From the NCBI GenBank assembly GCA_004297625.1, contig SCTY01000004.1:2697-66696 (forward strand): DNA of 64,000 nt, written 5' to 3'. Source of the stretch: Betaproteobacteria bacterium (GTDB lineage: Bacteria; Pseudomonadota; Gammaproteobacteria; Burkholderiales; SG8-39). Made by a program: the position numbers and the translations under genes. Of the stretch, positions 58,897 to 64,000 are shown piece by piece. The notes beneath the pieces were generated by a model. The model was not told the origin of the DNA. It did no database searches and was given only the letters and a program-made list of their open reading frames with translations. The stretch's first letter is position 1. Each line of letters opens with the position of its first letter.

Positions 58897-60070
58897 GGCG
58901 CCCTTGGCTGTCCTGCCCTCGCATTTCTTGGGCTTCCCGCGCAGCGACGGGCGCGTCGGCGTGCGCAACTACTTGGTAGTGGTGTCCGCCGTTGCTTTGG
59001 TCAATCGCTGGGCTGAATTGATCGCGGCGTCATTGCCCGACGCTCGCGCGATCGCCGGCGAATTCATGCGCGGGCTGCGCAAACCCGACGCCGCCCGGCA
59101 AGCACGGGTTTGCGAGGCGCTCGCAACGCATCCGAATGTCGGCGCCTGCCTGGTGCTTTGCCACGACGCGGCGAGCGCACGACTCTGGCGCGAATACTTG
59201 GCGGACTGCGGTCGACCGCATGCCGTCCTGGCCTTGATGGAGCAAAACGGAATGGAAGCGGCGATCCAAGCCGGGCAGCGCGCGTTAGCCCAACTCGACG
59301 AAATGCGCCGTTCGGTCGCCCGGCAGCGTTCTCCGTTCAGCGCGCTCACCCTGGCACTCGAGTGCGGCGGCTCGGACCCGACTTCCGCGCTGATCGCCAA
59401 TCCGGCCATTGGCCGGGTGGTGGATGCGGTGATCGACGCCGGCGGCAGCGCCATCGTCTCGGAGACAGTGGAGTTCGTCGGCGCCGAGGCTCCAGTGCGC
59501 GCACTCTGCCGCAGCCCGCGGGTAGCGAAGGACCTGCTCGCCGCCATCGCGGCTGCCGAACAGCGCATGGAAGAGGACGGCGAGCGCTACCGCGGCGTCA
59601 ACCCGACCGCGGAGAACATCGAGGCTGGCCTGACCACGCTCGTCGAAAAAAGCATGGGCGCGGTGGCCAAGGTGGGATCCCGCTCTTTTGCGGGATTGCT
59701 GGAATTCGGCGAGAAGCCGGCGACGCCGGGCCTGTACCTGATGGACACTCCGTTTTTCAGTCCCTGCTCGATCACCGGCATGATCGCCGCCGGTGCGCAA
59801 CTCACCTTGTTCGGCATGGGCGTATTCAACCCTTCCGGCAATCCGCTGGCGCCCACCGTCAAGGTCTGCGGCAACCCGATGACGGTCGCGCGCTGGAACG
59901 ACGCGATCGACGCAGACTTGAGCGATGTGCTCGCCGGGGGCGCCACCCTCGACCAGGCGGCGCAGCGGCTCGGCGCGTTTCTAGTCGAGACCGTCGAAGG
60001 CCGCGAGACGCGCGCCGAGCGTTGGCGGGAGGGCCAGTTCATCGTTCCGAAGACCTTGACCCCGCTCTGA
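58889..60070 (+). CDS. UxaA-family large subunit (SuyB-like)
   Basis: The GTG start overlaps the small-subunit stop. GFPRSDGRVGVRNYLVVVSAV, LECGGSDPTSALIANPA, GLYLMDTPFFSP, FGMGVFNPSGNPLAPTVKVCGNP. Confidence 0.8.
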   Translation: MPEAPLAVLPSHFLGFPRSDGRVGVRNYLVVVSAVALVNRWAELIAASLPDARAIAGEFMRGLRKPDAARQARVCEALATHPNVGACLVLCHDAASARLWREYLADCGRPHAVLALMEQNGMEAAIQAGQRALAQLDEMRRSVARQRSPFSALTLALECGGSDPTSALIANPAIGRVVDAVIDAGGSAIVSETVEFVGAEAPVRALCRSPRVAKDLLAAIAAAEQRMEEDGERYRGVNPTAENIEAGLTTLVEKSMGAVAKVGSRSFAGLLEFGEKPATPGLYLMDTPFFSPCSITGMIAAGAQLTLFGMGVFNPSGNPLAPTVKVCGNPMTVARWNDAIDADLSDVLAGGATLDQAAQRLGAFLVETVEGRETRAERWREGQFIVPKTLTPL

Positions 60071-60083
60071 CGCGCGAGCTGCC

Positions 60084-61697
60084 GTGCAACACTTGAGCCG
60101 CGCCGCCCGGGAGTTCGATTACATCGTGGTCGGCGCGGGCTCCAGCGGCTGCGTGCTCGCCAACCGGCTGAGCGCGGACGCTCGCTACACCGTGCTGTTG
60201 TTGGAGGCCGGCGGACCCGATACGAGCCCCTGGATCCACATTCCCATCGGCTACGGCAAGACAATCTTCGACAGCCGCGTCAATTGGGGCTACGAGACCG
60301 AGCCCGAACCCGATCTGGAAGGGCGGCGCATCTACTGGCCCCGCGGCAAGGTGCTGGGCGGATCCGGCTCGGTCAACGGCCTCGTCTACATCCGCGGCCA
60401 GCGCGAGGACTTCGATGGCTGGGCAGCACAAGGCAACCCGGGATGGAGCTACGACGAGCTGCTGCCCTATTTCCGAAAATCCGAGCACCAGGCGCGGGGC
60501 CCCGATGCCTTTCACGGCGCGGATGGGCCGATGTGGGTGTCGGATCTTTCCGAGCACCACCCATTGTGCGAGGCTTTCATCGCCAGCGCCCGCCGGCTCG
60601 GCATGCCGCCCAATCCTGATTTCAACGGTGAGCGCCAGGAAGGCGTCGGGTATTTTCAATTAACCACGCGGCGAGGGCTGCGCTCCAGCCCTGCGAGCGC
60701 TTACCTGCGCCCCGCCCGCGCCCGGACGAACCTTACTCTCGGCGTGCGCGCGCTCGCGCGCCGCGTGTTGTTTCAGGGCCGGCGCGCGATTGGTGTCGAG
60801 TTCGAGGCGGACGGTGAGGTGCGGCAGGCGCGCGCGCGCCGCGAGGTACTGCTGTCCGGCGGCGCGATCAATTCGCCCCAACTGCTCATGCTCTCGGGCA
60901 TCGGCGACGCCGCGCGGCTGGCACGCTTCGGAATCGCGCCGGTCGCGGACCTGCGCGGTGTCGGTCGCAACCTGCAGGACCACCTGCAAGCGCGGGTGGT
61001 GCTCAAGGCGAAACGGCCGATCACCTACAACGACGTCTTCAACAGCCCGCTTCGGACGCTGCAGGCGGGCCTTCAATGGGCGCTGCTGCGCCGGGGGCCG
61101 CTGACGGTGAGCGCCGGGCAGGCAGGCGCCTTCGTGCGCGTCATGCCGGACGCCGGGCGCCCGGACGTGCAATTCCATTTCATCACTTTCAGCACGGACC
61201 GGCCGGGCGAGGGCCTGCACAAGTTTTCCGGCTTCACCGCCTCGGTCTGCCAACTGCGCCCGGCGAGCCGCGGCCGCATCGAGCTGGCGAGCGCCGACCC
61301 GAAGTCCGCGCCCCGGATCCACGCCCACTACCTGTCCGCCCCGGGCGATCTCGAGGTGCTGCGCGAGGCTGTTCGCCTGGCGCGGCGCATCGCCCGCACG
61401 CCGCCGCTCGCGGACCTCGTCGCCGAGGAGTTCTCGCCAGGAGCGGCGGCGGACGACGACAACGCGCTCGACGCCTTCATCCGCGGCACGGCGCTGACCA
61501 TCTTCCACCCGGTTGGCACATGCGCGATGGGCCGCGGCGAGGACGCGGTGGTCGACCACGAGTTGCGCGTGCGCGGCGTCGAGGGTCTGCGCGTGATCGA
61601 TGCGTCGATCATGCCGACGCTGGTTTCGGGCAACACCAACGCGGCCGCCGTCGCGATCGGGGAAAAGGGCGCCGATCTGGTATTGCAGGCGGCGTGA
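60084..61697 (+). CDS. GMC-family FAD oxidoreductase (choline dehydrogenase-like)
   Basis: FDYIVVGAGSSGCVLANRLS, GKVLGGSGSVNGLVYIRG, HPVGTCAMG, IMPTLVSGNTNA. Confidence 0.9.
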   Translation: MQHLSRAAREFDYIVVGAGSSGCVLANRLSADARYTVLLLEAGGPDTSPWIHIPIGYGKTIFDSRVNWGYETEPEPDLEGRRIYWPRGKVLGGSGSVNGLVYIRGQREDFDGWAAQGNPGWSYDELLPYFRKSEHQARGPDAFHGADGPMWVSDLSEHHPLCEAFIASARRLGMPPNPDFNGERQEGVGYFQLTTRRGLRSSPASAYLRPARARTNLTLGVRALARRVLFQGRRAIGVEFEADGEVRQARARREVLLSGGAINSPQLLMLSGIGDAARLARFGIAPVADLRGVGRNLQDHLQARVVLKAKRPITYNDVFNSPLRTLQAGLQWALLRRGPLTVSAGQAGAFVRVMPDAGRPDVQFHFITFSTDRPGEGLHKFSGFTASVCQLRPASRGRIELASADPKSAPRIHAHYLSAPGDLEVLREAVRLARRIARTPPLADLVAEEFSPGAAADDDNALDAFIRGTALTIFHPVGTCAMGRGEDAVVDHELRVRGVEGLRVIDASIMPTLVSGNTNAAAVAIGEKGADLVLQAA

Positions 61698-61708
61698 GCG
61701 CCGCTGAC

Positions 61709-62755
61709 CTAACAGCTCGAGGCGGCCTGCGGCGGGCTGCCTTGCGGAACCCGGAACCGATCGAGCAGCCTTTCCGCGTTGCCGGAAAGAATCGCCGCGC
61801 GATCGGCTTCGGCGAGGCGGGCTTGACGAACGGCGGCGAGCGTCCAGTCGACCCGGAAGATCGGGCAATCGGTGCCGAAGACGATTCGTTCTGCCCCGTA
61901 GATCGCCACCGCGAGTTCGAGCGTGTGCGGGCCGAGCGAGGCACAGTCCACGGTTACCCGGCGCACGCGTTCGGAAGGCAGTGTGGTGCCAGGTGCACGA
62001 GTCCTGACGGTATGATCCATGCGCTCGATCACCGCCGGCAACGTGCCGCCGAGATTGGCGACATGGATGGAGACGTTCGGATATCGGTCGAGGAAATCGG
62101 TGAACAGCAGAGTGATCATCGCCTCGCTCACCTCGGCCTGCACCTCCAGCGCGCGGCGCAGCAGCGCGTTATCCGGATCGGGTTCGCGCGATGCGCCGTC
62201 GCAAGCCAGGGAGCGCAACGCCTCGTCAGGACGCCGTCCCGGATGGATGAAAAAATGGGCCCCCATTTCTTCGGCCACTGCAAACAGGGGGCGCATTTTT
62301 CCCGCCTCCGCGAGACTCGTGAAGGCATTGTTCGGCAGGATGGCGCCGATCAAGCCGAGTTCCGTGCGAGCCTGGCGAAGCTCCGCGATGGCTACATCCA
62401 TGTCGGCGAGCGGCAGTGCCGCCAAGCCGAGAAAGCGGTCGGGGTGCCGCCGGCATACGGCAGCCACGTCTTCGTTGAACGCCCGCGTCGGAGAACCGGA
62501 TTCGTCGAGCGGCAGGCTGTCGATGCCAAACAGCCCCGGCAGCGACAGCACCTGCCGGCGCACGCCGATTTCATCCATCGAGGCCAGTCGTGCGTCGATA
62601 TCCGTATACGCTCGGCCGAAACCCAGGATGCCAACCGGCATCACAAGCCGCTCGGATCCGTCCGGGAGTGTTTCGATGCACGGGGCCACGCGCCGGGCGC
62701 GCAAGAAAGCCACGACCGGAGGCGGCACGTAGTGAGCGTGGAAATCGGTAGCCAT
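61709..62755 (-). CDS. amidohydrolase-2 family protein (ACMSD-like metal-dependent hydrolase/decarboxylase)
   Basis: MATDFHAHYVPPP N-terminus, IHPG.., and FGTDCPI near the C-terminus. Confidence 0.75.
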   Translation of the reverse strand: MATDFHAHYVPPPVVAFLRARRVAPCIETLPDGSERLVMPVGILGFGRAYTDIDARLASMDEIGVRRQVLSLPGLFGIDSLPLDESGSPTRAFNEDVAAVCRRHPDRFLGLAALPLADMDVAIAELRQARTELGLIGAILPNNAFTSLAEAGKMRPLFAVAEEMGAHFFIHPGRRPDEALRSLACDGASREPDPDNALLRRALEVQAEVSEAMITLLFTDFLDRYPNVSIHVANLGGTLPAVIERMDHTVRTRAPGTTLPSERVRRVTVDCASLGPHTLELAVAIYGAERIVFGTDCPIFRVDWTLAAVRQARLAEADRAAILSGNAERLLDRFRVPQGSPPQAASSC

Positions 62756-62766
62756 CAGCTACGCCG

Positions 62767-63309
62767 TCAGGCGATTGCCGGCACAGAGAAGTGAAAGAAG
62801 TTCGGCGCCGGCGTGTTCGACTGCCGAAGATAAATGTCAATGTTGCCGAGATGGTAGGCGCGGTGCGCGTACAGCGCCCAAAGGAAACCCATCACGGTCC
62901 AGGTGCGCTCCGCGAAGCGGATCGTCTTTCGAAGCTGATCGTCCGTATAGCCACGCAGCGTTCGCACGCTGTCCTCGTGCAACCTCGCCGCCTCGCTCAC
63001 GAAATCGCCGTTGGCGAGCTTGGCGGTAAGTTCGGGATCGCGCGGCAGCGGCAGCGTCGCGTCGTTCTCGGAGTCCTTCAGGAAGCGCACCCAGTGGTAC
63101 TCTTCCACCGCCATGTGAATGTAGAGGTTTTTGATCGTAACCATCGACACGCGATCGCCGAAGCGAACGTTGGGGTTATCGACCGGAATCCAGTCCAGCT
63201 TGTCCTTGGGCGTTTTCGCGATCCAGTCGTTGGTCGCGCCGGAGAGGCACTCCTGAAGAACCATGAAACGGTCAAACTCGTTCCGAAACTCAACCTGCGA
63301 CATCGGCAA
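62767..63309 (-). CDS. DinB-like four-helix-bundle family protein (tentative)
   Basis: 180 aa. LYIHMAVEEYHW and ALYAHRAYHLGNIDIY are His-containing helices reminiscent of the DinB/YfiT fold. Confidence 0.4.
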   Translation of the reverse strand: MPMSQVEFRNEFDRFMVLQECLSGATNDWIAKTPKDKLDWIPVDNPNVRFGDRVSMVTIKNLYIHMAVEEYHWVRFLKDSENDATLPLPRDPELTAKLANGDFVSEAARLHEDSVRTLRGYTDDQLRKTIRFAERTWTVMGFLWALYAHRAYHLGNIDIYLRQSNTPAPNFFHFSVPAIA

Positions 63310-63348
63310 GCTCCTTCTTTTTTCCAGGTTCGGCCGTCGGGCGCGCCG

Positions 63349-64000
63349 TCACTGCGGAACGACCGCAGACGCCGGTTCGAACGGGCGGGCGCCACGCTTG
63401 CCCAGAACCCACTCGCCGGCTCCAGCGGCTCGCCGGCGCTGCGAGATGAAGAAGCGGGCCCGGTCGCTGCGATAAAGGGTAACGCTGTGTTCGACCGGTC
63501 GCCGAGCCCGGTCGTATGAGGTGCGGCTCACCGACAATAGCGCCGCGCCGACATTGACGCCGAGCAGGACGCTCTGATTGGCGTCGGCCACGACCGCCTC
63601 GATGAATTGTTCGGCCTCAGTGGCCTCGACACCACAGCGGTGCGCGAGCGTTTTCAGCAGATGCTGGGCGGCAAGGTCCACAGGGCGCAAGCGCTCGCCG
63701 AGCGCGCGCGGCAGGAAAATGCGCGTGGCTGAAAACGGCTGGCCTTCGACCATCAGGAGGCGCCGAAACGCGAAAGTTTCGTCCCCGGGGGCAAGCGCCA
63801 AGGCCGCAGCGACGGCATGTGATGCCTCGACCATGCCTGCTTCCAGCACCTGCACCTGGGCGGGGACCCCCAAAGCGATCAGATCCGCGAGCAGACACGT
63901 CATCTTCAAATCCGTGATCGCGGCAGCGGCCTCGCCCACAAAAGTCCCCCGGCCCGGCTCGCGGCGGACGAGCCCGTCGCGCTCCAGGTTTTGCAGCGCT
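63349..64000 (-). CDS. GntR-family (HutC/UTRA-type) transcriptional regulator, N-terminus outside window
   Basis: The reverse translation at the window end gives ALQNLERDGLVRREPGRGTFVGE, the end of a GntR wHTH. A UTRA-like effector domain follows. Confidence 0.75.
   Translation of the reverse strand, partial: ALQNLERDGLVRREPGRGTFVGEAAAAITDLKMTCLLADLIALGVPAQVQVLEAGMVEASHAVAAALALAPGDETFAFRRLLMVEGQPFSATRIFLPRALGERLRPVDLAAQHLLKTLAHRCGVEATEAEQFIEAVVADANQSVLLGVNVGAALLSVSRTSYDRARRPVEHSVTLYRSDRARFFISQRRRAAGAGEWVLGKRGARPFEPASAVVPQ

Overview
This is a GC-rich proteobacterial chromosome segment. The Bug/TTT binding proteins hint at Burkholderiales, but that is inference only. All calls come from reading the ORF translations and the DNA by eye, so motif coordinates may be off by 1-2 nt. 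Region 1-3.9 kb holds the serS 3' end, tRNA-Ser(CGA), and a phage-type integrase/excisionase remnant. Region 3.9-9.4 kb holds a five-gene module bracketed by a duplicated ccdA 3' end. Region 9.4-33 kb is a stress-sensing archipelago with four ECF sigma/anti-sigma pairs, each with candidate cognate promoters. One anti-sigma factor carries a periplasmic DsrE-like domain and sits next to a DsrE-like/thioredoxin/CcdA operon; this is the best candidate for an undescribed system. Interleaved with these pairs are a decaying merRTPA operon, oxyR with katG embedded in the remains of a monofunctional catalase gene, and a sigmaF/NrsF locus with an MsrP-like oxidoreductase and a Met-rich MxKDx repeat protein. 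An IS256-family element with an 8-bp target duplication sits 26 bp upstream of an adenylate cyclase gene. Region 36.5-64 kb is catabolic and transport DNA. It contains Bug binding proteins, an agmatinase/Pot-type ABC operon, and a LacI regulon marked by two identical 16-bp palindromes. It also holds a SuyAB-like split UxaA enzyme with an aldehyde dehydrogenase and a GMC oxidoreductase, plus several gene remnants that mark rearrangement junctions.
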